Of a DNA stretch of 64,000 bases, positions 37,075 to 56,961 are shown in pieces (positions within the stretch are counted from its first letter, which is position 1; each line of letters starts with the position of its first letter). Source of the DNA: Sphaerodactylus townsendi (lineage: Eukaryota); assembly GCF_021028975.2 (NCBI RefSeq), contig NC_059438.1, forward strand, positions 21,266,001 to 21,330,000. The letters are read 5' to 3'. The notes under the pieces were generated by a model, which saw nothing but the letters and a program-made list of their open reading frames with translations, made no database searches and was not told where the DNA came from. The position numbers and the translations under genes were made by a program.

Positions 37075-40000
37075 TCAAAGAGTGACAGAAAGGTCTGCTC
37101 CGCCTACAAACCGGGAGTGGATATTCGTCTGCAGTAGGAGGCGTGACTGTAAGAGTTCGACGTCGGGCATGCTGATCCCACTGCACATGGAGATGTCCAA
37201 GTTCTTCAGTTGCCGACACTCCTGACTGACAGCTTTTAGAGTCCTGGTAAAGGAAAAACCCATTACAGACTGGCCAGCCTGGTGCAGTGGTTAAAAGCAG
37301 GTGGATTCTAATCTAGAGAACCGGGTTGGATTCCCCACTCCTCCACCTGAGTGGCGGAGGCTTATCTGGTGAACCAGATGTGTTTCCGCACTCCTGCATT
37401 CCTGCTGGGTGACCTTGGGCTAGTCGCAGTTCTCTCAAAACTCTCTCAGCCCCACCTGCCTCACAAGGTGTCTTTTGTGGGAAGAGGAAGGGAAAGGAGT
37501 GGCTCATCCAGCATAGCATTGCTGCAGGCTTCCCAAGGTCTGAGGAAAAGAGAGGGACCTTTCTCTGCCCTCTTAGCTAAGATCCTTTTGGAAAATGCGA
37601 AGGATTGAACCCCAGAGTCCTGTGCAGACCAAGTATGTTCTACGTCAGGGCCCCTTCCACAGAAGTAACACATGAAACTGCTTTACACCCACTCACTCCA
37701 TCAGAATCTCAGGAAGACCGGGGTCTGTCTCATCCCCACGGCTTGAGATCCTTAAAACATAGACCCTGCTGTTGTTCTTTAAGTATGATTATTTTTTAAT
37801 AAAATGGGATATGATGTCTTTTATCATGTTGTGATTTGCCCTGAGCTCATCTTAGTGAGGGAGGGGGGAATATAACTAAAACTGACTGGTTGCACTCCTG
37901 ACTTTCGGACTGTGCAATACTTACTGCGGGGTGAGCTGGTTGCAGCCAGAAAGGATGAGGTGTTGAAGCCGGTGCAAGGCGCTGGCTGCCTCCACAAACC
38001 CTCGGTCGGTCAGGTTCACACAGTGGCTGAGCGAGAGGTGCTCCAGGCTGGGGCAGTGACGAGCGACGGCTGTGAGGCTTGTGTCTGTGATGTTGGGCAC
38101 CAGGCTGAGGGACAGACGGCGGAGCTCTGGGAATCTGATGACCTGGAATAGCATGACAAGCAGCTGCAGGAGAAGACGAGGCTTTGGGGACCCAGGGCCA
38201 GCTGGGCTTGTGAGTGGCCAAGGGGGATATGTGCCTCTTAGAGCCTCTACAGCATTTCCAGCTGACTCGCGGCTGAACTATGTGCTCAGGTCTTTTACAC
38301 AAGAGCCAGCAAGGAGAGGGGGTGGTGCAGCTTCTGCTATGTTAACAAAATGGTGCATTTTCAGAGAGGCACTTGGGTGCTGAACAATATACGGAGAATA
38401 ATGGAACAAGATAGGCCTCCTACAAGAAACTGCAGGTTGTCTGCTGTCTTCAAGATCCTCTTCTGAAGGGAAAAAAAACCCTAAGCACCTCAAGGACAAG
38501 AGCAAGATAGAACATTTCCCTCCAACATGCTTTTAAAGGGCAGAGTTGCTCTTTCGTCCAGAGTGGTGCATCTGAGGAGAACTGCTGTTGTTCTAAACAT
38601 CAATTACAGGGCTTATACCATCTTAATGTGGTTGTGTGTTAGGTCTCGAACACTGAAGCAATAAACAGACTCTGTATTGTTGATTAGCAGCATTTATTGA
38701 TAGGCATTGAAGCACTCAGCTTGTCAAAGCAGGTTCTGGGGAACCTGGCTTTTGCTACCCGCTTTATTCTGATGTCAGTCCCTCCTCCCATTTTCCCAGG
38801 GAATGTGAGAAAGAGTTAGTTTGGAGCTATGGCACCCCAAGGTTGGCGATAGATAGAGATAGAGCCACCTGGCCTCCTGTCCCCACAGGACAACGGAAAC
38901 AATCCTGTTTCCCATGAGACCAAAGTGTCAGGTATCTACTTGGCGTGTGAAGCCATAAAGCAAAAATCAAGGAAAGAATGTCCCAGAATGGCAGTGATAA
39001 CAAATCGCAGGCTGGTTATATATATCTTGTAGCAATTACACTGTGCTAAGAATGCATCTCAATCAACTAGATACAATCCCTTGATACTGTGATCCTTTCA
39101 CTCTTCCCCTCAGGGCCCCATGTTTAACTAGTAAGGGACGCTCAGGGAATCAGTGATGGCTTAACTTTGATGGCACGGGGTGCCAGAGGGTGGCACTTCA
39201 GGGAGCCCACTCTCTCTGTGGAGCCTTGGCGCAAACAGAATGCCCCCTCCACACATCTAGGGCTTTGGCCAATAATTGGGCCACTGGGGCTCAATTACCC
39301 TAGCATTAAGTACGTTCCTTTAAGACTCCAGTTTTGGGGGAAGTAGTGCTAAGTGTAACCCTGTTAAGCGATGTTAAACTAAAGCGTAAACCTTTACCTG
39401 GGAGTAATCTCGGTTGCTGGCAATGGGGCTTGCTTCTGAGTAAACCCTCCTAGGGTTGTGATTTACCCGTTGGAAGAGTTGCACAGTTGCTTCAAAGCAA
39501 AGCCACTGACTACCACCAAGCTTACTCCTGAGTAACACACACCTCGGAGCCAATTGTTTTTTCTAAACAAAAACCTCAATATTCAGGTTAAATTACCGTG
39601 TTGGCACTTTGCGATAAATAAGTGGGTTTTGGGTTGCAATTTGGGCACTCGGTCTTGAAAAGGTTCGCCATCACTGGACTAGAAGCTTGGAGTTTAAAGA
39701 GTTCTCTGCCTCACTGCAACCAGCCATAGACCTAGCTGTGAATTTCCCTGTATCCCTTTCTGTATCTTCTGCCTCTGGTTTCCTGCTGAGCTCCTTGCGC
39801 CTGTAACAAACTTTTCCCCTTCTGTGTATCAAACCACTTCCCCTTCCTCCATGACCCACTTTCTTAACCAAAACCCTTTTCGAAGGGTGTTCTGTAGCCG
39901 TGCCCCAGATGAATCATTGCTACACTTTGACATCTCCCTACCCCCATCTGCATCCTCCCTAATGTAAATCTTGGCAGAGCCCATCCCTTCTGTTTTCTCC

Positions 40001-43000
40001 AAGAGGGGCACTTTATAAGGAGCCCGATGGACGGCTGCAATCCCGCTGCCACCCCTTCTTCTTCCCTGCAGACCAGCCTTAGCCGGAGCCGGCTGCAGCC
40101 TGCAAACATTGTGTCCAAACCTTGGCTATGCTCATGTCCGTCAGCTTCCCGCAGGCTGTCAGGTCAAGCTCTTGCAGGTGGCTCAGAGCATTCAAGGAGG
40201 CCCGGTGCTTCTGCTCGTCCTCCCGCTTTGTGAGGTCAACGAGGATGGAGGTGTCCTGCTCCAAATCCTGTGGAGGCGGCAGGAAGAATCCCATGTTTCC
40301 AAAATTCCTGCTGAACTTCAGGCCAGCGTCCTTCTATCAAGGCAACAACAGAAGAGTTAATGGAGTTTGGGGTTACTTGGCCACCTTTCCCTTGGTTCTG
40401 ACCGGTGGCTCATACTATGGCACAAGGTGTGCTGGGAAAGGGAGCTATGCTTCCAGGGCAAAGAACGCCTTCTGGAAAAAAAGTTTGGATTTCTACCCCA
40501 CCTTTCTCTCCTGTAAAGAGACTCAAGGTGGCTGACAAGCTCCTTTCCCTTCCTCTCCCCACAATACACATCTTGTGAGGTAGGTGGGGCTGAGAACGTT
40601 CCGAAGAACTGTGACTAGCCCAAGGTCACCCAGCAGGAATTTAGGAGTGCGGAAACTCATCTAGTTCACCAGATAAGCTTATGCCACTCAGGTAGAGGAG
40701 TGGAGAATCAAACCCTGTTCTCCAGACTAGAATCCACCTGCTCTTAACCACTGCACCACACTTTGCTTATTCTTAACTGACTGCGGCTGTTGTGTTCCCC
40801 CTGTGATGCTGCCAGGCTCTTGCTTTCCCAGCCCTGAGCTTTTAGCGACCCTCCGGATTGTCAGATATAGATTGGCAGACGCATCTGCCACTCCACACTT
40901 GCTGCTGCCAGTTCCATCAGCTAGAATCCATCTCAGTTTACGCGGCCTCCCTGGGGCCTCTGTCAGGCAGGCTTCGGATCTTTCTGGGGGTGCTGAATGA
41001 TGAGATTGAGGTGCTCTCCACCCCCCAGCAAACAATTCCTGCACTTCCTGGACTGGCTTCTTAATAACTTTCTCAGCAATTTCTGAGCTGGCAGGCCCCA
41101 TACTTAGTTTTGCTTTCTGCTGTCTCCATCCTCTGAAACCTGGTGGGAGTTATCATTGAGAGTCAAGAGGCTCGGTTGGTGGTGCAGAGTCCCTAGATGT
41201 GGTCAGGATGACATAGGGAGGAAAATAGGTTTTGATTCTGTTTTGAAGACCTTCGGCTGTAGATATAACACCCTGACTGGTCAGAGAACACAGAGCGTTC
41301 CATCCTGTGGTTCTCCAGCCTTTATCAACCTGAGAACCCAAGTTCCTCCCTCGCCTCTTAGAACAGAAGCCTGAAATGGGGTCAGAGCCAGAACCACGGC
41401 CTCCAGAGAGAAAGCAAAGGCGGGATATTTGTTTGGTCTTTCTTCCAGCTTTTTAGGGCAAATGCAGTTCTGGACGGTTGGGGGAGCAGATGCCGATTAC
41501 TACAGTGGATACAGACGAAGCTGCCTTCTACCAATTCAATCCTTGGTCTGCCGAGCTCAGTCTTGCCCACGCTGGCTGGCAGCAGCTTCCCAAGGCCTCC
41601 GGGGAGGTCTTTCATGTCACCTCCTACCTGACCTCTTGAATAGATGGCCAACATTGAAGCTGAGATCTTCAACGTGCCACAGCAGATGAAGCACAACCCT
41701 AGTGTGTTTCAGAAATGGGCAAGGGGAAATGTGATTCTTCCCCCTAGCGTGCACATACATTTACCTGTGCTTTTTGGGGGAGGGGGATTCTCTCACCTCC
41801 CTGGAGCGATCGTGCGCCTCTCTGGGCTGCTCGACCCCCAGCAAGCCCCAATCCGTCAGTTCTTTGCACCAGGCTAAACGCAAGATGGTCAAGTTCAAGA
41901 GGTGGGTGGAGATGGCTTGTACGCTTCGGTTGGTGATGGACGTGCAGGAGGAGAGATCCAAAACCCGAAGGCTTCTACGCAGCGCTCCAGCCAGCGAGAT
42001 GACAGAGCTGTCCTATGAAAGAAGGGAGAAAAAAAGTTAGGTACCGTATATACTCATGTATAAGTCGAATTTTTCAGCACATTTTTTATGCTGAAAAAGC
42101 TCCCCTCAACTTATATGCGGGTCATTAAATTTTTTTGTGTGTTTTTACTTTGCCGGCCAGCAGGGGGTGCAGATTTTATGCTAGCGACATCAGGGTACCC
42201 TCAGAAGACACTCCTGATGATACCAGCTAAGTTTGGTAAAGTTTGGTTCAGGGGATCCAAAGTTATGGACCCCCAAAGGAGGGGTAGCCCCCATTCCCCA
42301 TTGTTTTCAATGGGAGCTATTAGTAGATGGGGCTACCCTTTTGAGGGTCCATAACTTTGGACCCTCTGAACCAAACTTCACCAAACCTGGCTGGTCTCAT
42401 CAGGAGAGTCTCTTTATGATACCAGCCAGGTTTGGTGGTGAAGTTTGGGTCAGGGGATCCAAAGTTACCTGAGCCCCAAAAGTGGCGCCCCATCCCCCAT
42501 TGTTTACAATGGAAGCTAATAAGTAGATTTTCCATTTTCTGATAATATCCCTCTTAAAAAATCTAAGTTGAGTTACATTTGGACATACAGATGATGATGA
42601 GGAATCCAGTTTTGAAGGATTTTAACTCTTGTGTTTTAGCCTTCTGGTTGCTGGTTGAGCTAAGGTTTCTTGTATTTTTAAAGTTATTGCTGATACCATA
42701 TTGTTCTTTGTTGACCCTCTTTTCCACTCCCTTACAGAGCCAGTTTACTTATCGTTTTTCTTTGAAATAAATATTCAAAAAACATTTAAACCTACACAAT
42801 GATGCCTCAATTGATGTAATTTTATTGGTATCTATTTTTATTTTTGAAATTTACCAGCAGCTGCTGCATTTCCCACCCTCGACTTATACGCAAGTCAATA
42901 AGTTTTCCCAGTTTTTTGTGGTAAAATTAGGTGCCTCGACTTATATGCGGGTCGACTTATACACGAGTATATACGGGGATCTCTTTTAAGCTGCTAATGC

Positions 43001-46000
43001 ACCTTTTCGGTTACATCCATTCTTTGCCATCTGCCTTCCTTGAGTGGCTCACAGTAGATGGCAGATTTATAAAAACAATGCAGTAAAGAGCAGCATCTGA
43101 CATCCAATAAACAATGCAGTCAAACTGGATTGTGCCGTTAAGAGACCAACAGACTGACGACAGGACGCTGGATCCAGGTAGCCGAAGTGCAGCATTTTAA
43201 TGTTTACCATTCTGCGTTTTATTTTGTATCTGTATTGATTCTACTCAAGACCTTTGGCCAGAGAGGCGTAATAAAACAGGAAAGGAAGCCAAAGTTCATA
43301 GAAATTGCAGCTGGAGCTATATAGCAGGGGAAGAAGGGAATCATTCCCTTTCTCTTGTTTAGGAGTATAACCTGAGCTCACAGGCCACGATCAAACCCCT
43401 GCCTATTTTGGCATGTTATCCTTATTTAGATGTCTATGTATTTGTCCTGCCTCTATCCTATAAGACATGTGGTCAGGCTGAACCATTGATTTCTCTGAAT
43501 TTAAGAAGCGGCCTTTTAATGGACTCAGACCATTAACTGATTCAAACTGTTGAGCTGTACAGCCCAGGAGTGTCCTCTCTGACCGACAGCCAGCGTGGAA
43601 TGGTGATCAACAGCAGCGGGATCTAATCAAGCAACTATCTTCTCAAAAGGTACTTGGTCACTGAACCACAGGCCACACCCTCATCCAAGCCCTTTCTCAG
43701 TTCTGCTGCTAGACATGGCGGAGTCTAAACTGGCACCTCCCACTTCCCCTCTAGGATTTGGGTTGTTCTCTCTGATTCTTCAGGGTGTGGTTGATGACCC
43801 TCTGGAACTGGGTGCCTTTGTTTTGCAGCCAATTCTCACTATTACACACAGTTGCAGCCCCAGGAGAGGGGTTTTGCATTGATGTGTTGTAGAGGAGAAA
43901 CACACAGTGGGTTTTGTTCTCTGGGAGCAGGGGATTTTAATTCTGGAGCAGCTGGGGGATGGGGATGTAGTAGACAGCCCAGATGGGTAACATTCATGTG
44001 TCAGGTTGCAGCATGACGATTTGGTGGTCTGTTTGAAGGGGCCCCAGTATGGCGCCTGTGGGCACCATAGTGCTGCCAACACTTTCCTGGCACCCATTCA
44101 GTCTTTTTAGGGAGTGGGTGGGCCATGTAGAGCTTTTTTGCCCAGCAAGGCTACTAAGTGATAATTAAAGATTTGATTGGCTATGCCCATTTTTAAAAAT
44201 GTTGCTTCGGCAGCAGCTGGCCCCAAAGCTCCAGAACCTGTGCTACGTTACTGAAGTTAATCCGTGACAACCCTTTTGTGGCAGTCTCTACCTTCTGTGG
44301 ACATCATTCCATGGCAGCCATTTTGTTGCTGTGGCCACCGTGTTGTGTCAGAATTTCAAAAGTGCCTGCAGGCTCAAAAAGTTTAGGGACACCCATTTTC
44401 GGAAAGTTGCTGTTAGTTGCATAGCAACTTAAAACTGAAGGACAAACATCTCTCAATTGTATTTTACGAGAATTTGATGTCATCAGCAGAGGGGTGGCCT
44501 CTTGAACAACAACTTCATGTCTGTAATATGGGGGCGGAACTCCCCCCCCCCCCAACTACCACCTTCTGCCAATCCACCAGCCCATGTTTAATTATGGGTT
44601 AACCTGGTGCAAATACAAAAGAAGAAACTTAGAGATAACCCATAAAAATTCAAACAAACCCAATTTTTTTCAGAAAAGCCGAAAATATTTGGGTTTACCA
44701 AATCAGATATTCAACTTTTTCCACTTTAACAATAATTTTAGAGCCAAATAAAGCCGAATCTGAATTTCACCAAATTTGTTCGGTATTGCTCAAGCCCACT
44801 TACCCTCAGCAAAGAACAGAAAGCTACATTCAGCGAAACCAGTTGAAACTGTCCCTCGATAGACCCAAGGGCTTTCACCAGCTCGCTGGAGCTCACGAGG
44901 TTGCATTCGGACACATCCAGACTTTGGAGGTGCCTCAGGTGTGAAACTCCCTGAAAGCCAGCGTCTGTGACCCGTGGGAGCTTCCCCAGCCTCAGGCACC
45001 GAAGCTCCTGGAGGCGGGAGCAGAGGGCCAGGATGGCCCGGTTGGTCAGCTCGAAGCAACCACTCAGGTCCAGCGTGGCCAGTTGAGGCTGGTGCTGACA
45101 CAAGACACTGACAGCCTCATCAGAGAGGTTGCGGCACCCCTGGAGCACCATTTCCTGCAGGCGCAGGTTCTCCACCTGGACCAGGGACTTCATGGCCTGG
45201 CTGGAGATGCCAGTGCCACTCAGGTCCAAAGCCTTCATGATGCCCGCCCGCTCTGCAAGGAAGCGCAGCAGGTTGCGGAAGGACAGGAGGGCCGAGGAGT
45301 TGTAGTCACGAGAGCCGTGGTAGGCGTCAAACTCAAAGGTGACGTGGCAGCGGGCGAGCGACAGCTTGGCCAGCTGGTGAGCACAGCCAGTCAAGCGATT
45401 GAAGGTGAGGTCGGACAGGTAGCGCACGCTGGATAGGTTAAGGTCCTGCAGGTTGCCCAGGGCTTTCTGAGCTCGGAGGAAGGCCTGCTCTTTCGAAAGC
45501 AGAGTCCCTGGCATGAAGAGGCTGTTGCAGCCGCTCAGATCCAAGGCAGTCAAGCTAGGGCAGGCGAAGAGGAGCTCCTCAAAGCAGGCTTCTGTGATGC
45601 TGCTCCCCCGTAGGCACAAGTGGCGCAGGTGGGGACTCAGGTAATCGGCCACATAGCTGATGACCTCCCGGGAAATGGAGGAGCCATCTAGGTTTGTTAT
45701 TTGGATGCTGCAGACCCGTCTCCGGGACAGGCTTTTGATGGTCCCCAGTGAGGCGGAAGTAACTGGGATGTTGTAGAAGATGCTGTCCTCCTGGAAGCAA
45801 AGAAGAGGGCAATTAGATGGCAAAGAGAGACTGAGACAGATTGACAACCGCGGTGCTTCCTGCCCATCTGTCATGGCATGTCGCTTCCCTGAGCCAGTGC
45901 AGTGGCAGAGCGGGATCCAGCAGCTCGGGTTGGAATCCCCGTTCTGCCATGGAAGCTAACTGGGTGACTTCAGGCCACTCCCACCGCCTAACCTACCTCA

Positions 46001-49000
46001 CAGGGGTGGTTGTTGTGAGGATAAAATGGAGGAAGGGGTAATGATGTTGTAAGCCAATTGGGTCCCCATTGGGGAGAAAAGCAGGGTACAAATAACTAAT
46101 CAGTGTAACTAAAAGTCACTTTCTCAGTTTAAACTATCTGACAGGGTTGTTATGAGATTAAAGTAGTGATCTCCCCACCCAGAACACTGATCCAACTTTT
46201 TGAGTGTAAGGGCAGGATAGACATGCATTCAGTAGCCACAGAACAAATGAGCTTGCCCATTACAGTTCTCTAGCAGGGCACCTTTAGAGGCAGAGGGAAA
46301 ATATGATAGGGCTTCCAAAAGACAGAGGAGCATTCCTTCAGATTTAATCTGCTACTGCCCATCATATGCAGCCTTATCATCGAATGTTTCCAAGCCATGA
46401 ATGGGGAGAAAAGTCGTACACAAAAACAACATTTCATACAAAGCAACTTTATTGGTATGGGCTTGTTTATGATATATGCTGCCAATACATCAGGCATATG
46501 TTGCCAGCAACCCTTCTGCTGGATTCCTGGTTGTCTGGTTGATGAGTGCTGCATTTTTTAAGGGCCTGTGGAACAAATCTGGGATGTTTTTCCCCTCAGG
46601 GCAGAATGAACGGTATAAACCACCAGTCAGAAACCACAAGAAGTGTGGAGAAGTAGTGGGTGCCTCAAATCCCAAATGCCCTTAATTTAAACAGCAACAT
46701 TCCCAATCCCTCTCCAAGATTTGTAGATTGCACCATTGTGTATGGGTTGGGAGGAGGGGGCAGCATGACCCTGCTTTTAAGAACCAACGGAGGAAGAGAT
46801 GGTTTACCTGCCGCAAGGAGTCTTGGGCTGCAAAATACCAGCTTTGGTTCACCAGAGAGGCCTCTTTCCTGTCGGGGATGGGCAGGAAGTTCAGAATGTG
46901 AGTGATCACCTGTCAAGAATTTTAAAAAAGTCTGTCAAGACGGAGATCCAGCCAAAGGGCCTTCCTTTCTCTCCTTTAGGATAGGGTGACTTAAATAACA
47001 CCCAGCACACACAGAGTTGATTTAACTCAAGTTTCCCTTTCTGTAACTCTTCTTTTTCTGAAAACTGCAAGCACTAAATACAGAAGCTGCTGGATGAAAC
47101 AGGGTGGTCCCATGGAACGCAAAAGAAACCTTCATGTGACACGGTTGACAGAGTCACAAATACTGATGATTAACCCAGTACTAAAAATATTACTCTGGCC
47201 GCTTCATCAGATGTATAATTCTTGATTTCGTATCTCCCCCCTATTTTTTTTTTAAAACCTCATCTAAATTGATCTGATGTGGTAACAGGTTCAGTTTGAA
47301 GAGAACAGAAAGGTAGTAACCATCATTTAGATTACCCTCAAATTTCATTTTAGAACTCTGACTCATGAGAGCTAAAACGGCAGTGAATGTTTTTAGTCTT
47401 TAAGGAGCTGCAGAACTTGCTTTTTGTCTGTTAAAAAAAACATTTTGTAGAACTGCATTGTAACTTTTAAAACACCCAATTTAATATAGTTTTCAATTCC
47501 CCCTCCCCACAAAAATATTGATTTCTAAGCATGTTGTTCATTCATTCAGCGGCCTATTAAAAGACAGATATTGCATGGAAGAAATGAGAAATGGAGCAAT
47601 GGATTTTGTCTGTTTTCCAAAGGAAGAGGAATGCTGGAAACTGGAATGTGCTTGGTGTGTGGCTTGTGGCAGCCTGTGGGTGAAACAACTGTGTTCAAAG
47701 AACAGGCGTACTCCATTCATACTGTACATACCAATGCTAGTTTTGTGAAAGGTGAGTCTACAACCATAATTTATTCTATAGTACACCACTAAAGCAAATG
47801 TTTGTGCATTTCCATATTTATTTGTTTATTTGTTTATTACTGTAGATTTCATAGACTGCCTCATCCCCAAAGGGCTCCCCCCCCCCCCTTGAGTTCAGGG
47901 TGGATTGTATAATTATTCCCGGATTCCATTTTCTTCTTACGACAATCTTGTGAAATAGGTTGGGCCAAGTTTAAGACAGTGACTGTTCTAAGATCCCAGT
48001 GAGACTTCCGGCTTGGAGGGTTGAACCTGAGTCCAGTGCTCTAACCAGTATACCACATGGCCCACAATGGCTCAAGGCGAGCAGTGTGTTTACTATCTTT
48101 TCTACTCCAGAGTCAAGCACGCCAACTTGGCATGGGTGCCTGTGATTTGAAAAGACAGAAACTGATCCGGGGATGGGAGGGCTGTGTGTCTGGAAACACT
48201 GAAGTGTTTGTCCAGATCAACTGAATGCTGATCCTTGTGCAAAACCTGGATGTGATATAGCAACATTATGTACGATGATAAGACCATAAAAGCAATTAAT
48301 AATTAACTGGGCATTATTGATACGAAACATCTATCTGTGACCTATGGTTCTGAAGGATATCGCTGCCCCTCCTCCACAGCAGGTGGAAAGACACAAAGAA
48401 GCTAGACATAGCTGGAAATCTGGTCCATCCTTAACAAGCCACAATTTGTTTCTGTATTCCTTCAAAAAAGGATGAAGAGCGACGTGCCCCAAAACAATCC
48501 TCACACACTTCACCAGCATCTTTTCTAGCCCACCTATTCATTTTCATGCAGGGTATTCAAAATCCCACTAACCCTTCAAAACCCATGTGGTTTTCTTTTG
48601 TAACAGGCACCGGAATGGGTGAGTTGGACTCGCATCTGAGAATGTATTTTCAAAAATAAAGCTTCAGCTCAGGCAAAATTCATACAGGAGTTTCCTAAAA
48701 CGGATAGGTAATTGCAGGGGGCTACCTCAAAACTTAAGAACATAAGAACAAGCCAGCTGGATCAGACCAGAGGCCATCTAGTCCAGCTCTCTGCTACTCG
48801 CAGTGGCCCACCAGGTGCCTTTGGGAGCTCACATGCAATGGCCTTCTGCGGCTGTTGCTCCCGAGCACCTGGTCTGTTAAGGCATTTGCAATCTCAGATC
48901 AAGGAGGATTAAGATTGGTAGCCATAGATCGACTTCTCCTCCATAAATCTGTCCAAGCCCATTGGGGGGGGGGGGGGGGGGGAGAAAAAAGATTTTTGAA

Positions 49001-50436
49001 CAATTAATTACTGGAGATACAAAACATTTATTAGGGAAATTTTATAGGTTGTTATTGCAATGAGATAGAGAATCAGAACAAGTAAAAGATTATATGGTAA
49101 GATGCGTGCAAACTTTTGGAGAAACTATAAGTATGAATCAATGGGAGAGTTCCTGTACTGTGAATTAAAATTGTAGATAGTCAGATGTTCAGAGAAAACT
49201 GGTATTAAATGTTTTAGATAGTAAATTACACCTAAAGATATAGCTAAAGTTAAAATAATACAAAATGTTGGAAATGTCAAAATACAGATGCTACTTTTTA
49301 TCTTATGTGGTGGACTTGTTTAAAAGCAAGGAAATATTGGATTATGTTTCATGATGAAATGCAAGAGATTGAAAGTTAAGTTTGTATTTGATCAAAAATA
49401 TATGTTAAATATTTTGCAAATAATGTACCAAAAGTGTATAATGAGCTGTTCAAATACATGGTGACCGCGGCCAGACTTGTATTTGCAGCAAGATGGAAAG
49501 CAAATCATCCCCTCGATCCTACGGAATGGATGAACAAACTAACAGAATATCCATTAGTGGTAAAACTGACAGTTGATACATAACAGACAGTCGACAGCGT
49601 ATGAAAGAGGGTGGGGTTTTTTTTACTATATAAATCAAGGACTAGGATAATGAGAGTTCTGTATATATGCACGTGTTGCTATCCAGTTTGGTCCTTGTGA
49701 CAGTCAGCAAGTGCCTGCGGCAAACAGCCAACAGGATCGGGATCCGTTGCTACCAAGACACTGCCATAGTCCTGCCTACTAAATAAGAAAGCAACACACA
49801 CTAGTTCCATTGCTGCTGATGCTATCCAATAGACCCTTTGGACGCTTTTTCTTACTTTTTGAAAGGTGGTTTAAATGTGTGTGTGTGTATGTATCCAACT
49901 CTTTGAACCAAGCATTTACACTGCAGCCCTCACTACAGTTACTCAAAAGGAAGCCCTACCAAACTGCACTGCTGCTACTACGAATTGCAGAGTGCACTGG
50001 GTTGCATCCTCAATCGAAGACGCTTGCAAAAAGGCACTTGAAAGGGCAAGGATGGAGGAGGGGTAAAAGGGTGGCTGGAGTGGAGGAGAGAGGAGGAAAG
50101 AGGAAATGAGCGGTGGAAATCAGAGCCAAGCTGCCTCTGACAAAATAAAACCTCGTGAGGCCCCTCCGCAGGGGACATTCATTCATTTTAGATATCCCCG
50201 ACCCGTCCTTTCGCCTGGCTCAAGGCACGTGACACGCCCCCACCCGAATAAAAGGCACACAAAATCCCACTGACACTTGTTTGCAGACACGTCTGTACAC
50301 GCGCACACGTGTCGACTCAAGAACTGCGCCCTTCTCGGGTGATGCCCACTCTGGCAACCCTACTCCACCAGGTTTCCTCCTCCCTCCGCTGCCCACTAGG
50401 CATCCCTACCTCCACAGGCAACTCCCGGGTCTCCAT
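37075..50436 (-). CDS. LRRC29: F-box and leucine-rich repeat protein LRRC29/FBXL9, full length (643 aa)
   Basis: Coding exons in transcript order: 50436-50410 (METRELPVE), 46909-46808 (VITHILNFLPIPDRKEASLVNQSWY, F-box), 45790-44804, 42012-41797, 40333-40121, 38142-37925, 37243-37075. Total 1932 nt, all GT-AG, open frame. Many cysteine-containing LRRs (LxxLDLSGC) and the C-terminus SRFVGGADLSVTL. Syntenic position between ELMO3 and TMEM208. Confidence 0.93.
37272..37500 (+). mobile_element. Squam3-like SINE (3' truncated)
   Basis: Head and CORE present; starts ~27 bp from the last LRRC29 acceptor. Confidence 0.82.
38637..39113 (-). mobile_element. Probable ERV 3' LTR with polypurine tract
   Basis: The minus strand reads GAGGGGAAGAG|TGAAAGGATC...CGAGACCTAACA (TG...CA, ~464 bp), with AATAAA ~55 nt before the end (plus TTTATT 38693-38698). 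Confidence 0.65.
39151..39676 (-). mobile_element. Second copy of the 517-bp hAT family, opposite orientation
   Basis: Reverse complement of 26257-26773 along its length; no matching TSD. Confidence 0.88.
40476..40760 (-). mobile_element. Squam3-like SINE
   Basis: Reverse copy. Confidence 0.85.
42044..42976. mobile_element. Tc2/pogo-like non-autonomous DNA transposon (~930 bp)
   Basis: TIRs CCGTATATACTCATGTATAAGTCGA / TCGACTTATACACGAGTATATACGG; TA on the left flank; internal inverted modules at ~42190-42520. Confidence 0.85.
48736..48960 (-). mobile_element. CR1-clade LINE 3' fragment
   Basis: Plus-strand AAGAACATAAGAACAAGCCAGCTGGATCAGACCAGAGGCC is the reverse of a CR1 3' terminus; ends at a poly-G run. 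Confidence 0.7.
48985..49660 (+). mobile_element. Degraded L1-like ORF2 3' fragment
   Basis: A-rich; disrupted KCWKCQNTDATFYLMWWTC zinc-knuckle region around 49260-49320. Confidence 0.65.
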
Positions 50437-50686
50437 AATCGCCCAGCCTCACTGGAGTCCGACCGTCACTAGTCGCTCCAACGGCTTGGCCACGCCCCCG
50501 TCCCCTGCTTGGCTCCTCCCCTCCGCCTCTCCCACACGGCTTCTCCGATCCCTATGACGACGGCGCGATGCCTCATGGGTGTTGCAGTCCAGCGCGCTGG
50601 ACGATGACGCGTTTTATCTGCGCCGGAAGGTCTGCTATGCTGAGCTGGTGGTGTGCAGCCCGTTTAGGACTGGCTGGGGAACGATC

Positions 50687-56961
<6,275 letters not shown>

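Noticed and set aside
41628-41796. Possible LRRC29 alternative donor at 41765 and a 39-nt in-frame cassette exon at 41666-41628
   Set aside because: The alternative donor causes a frameshift, the cassette's acceptor lacks a pyrimidine tract, and the protein is complete without either.
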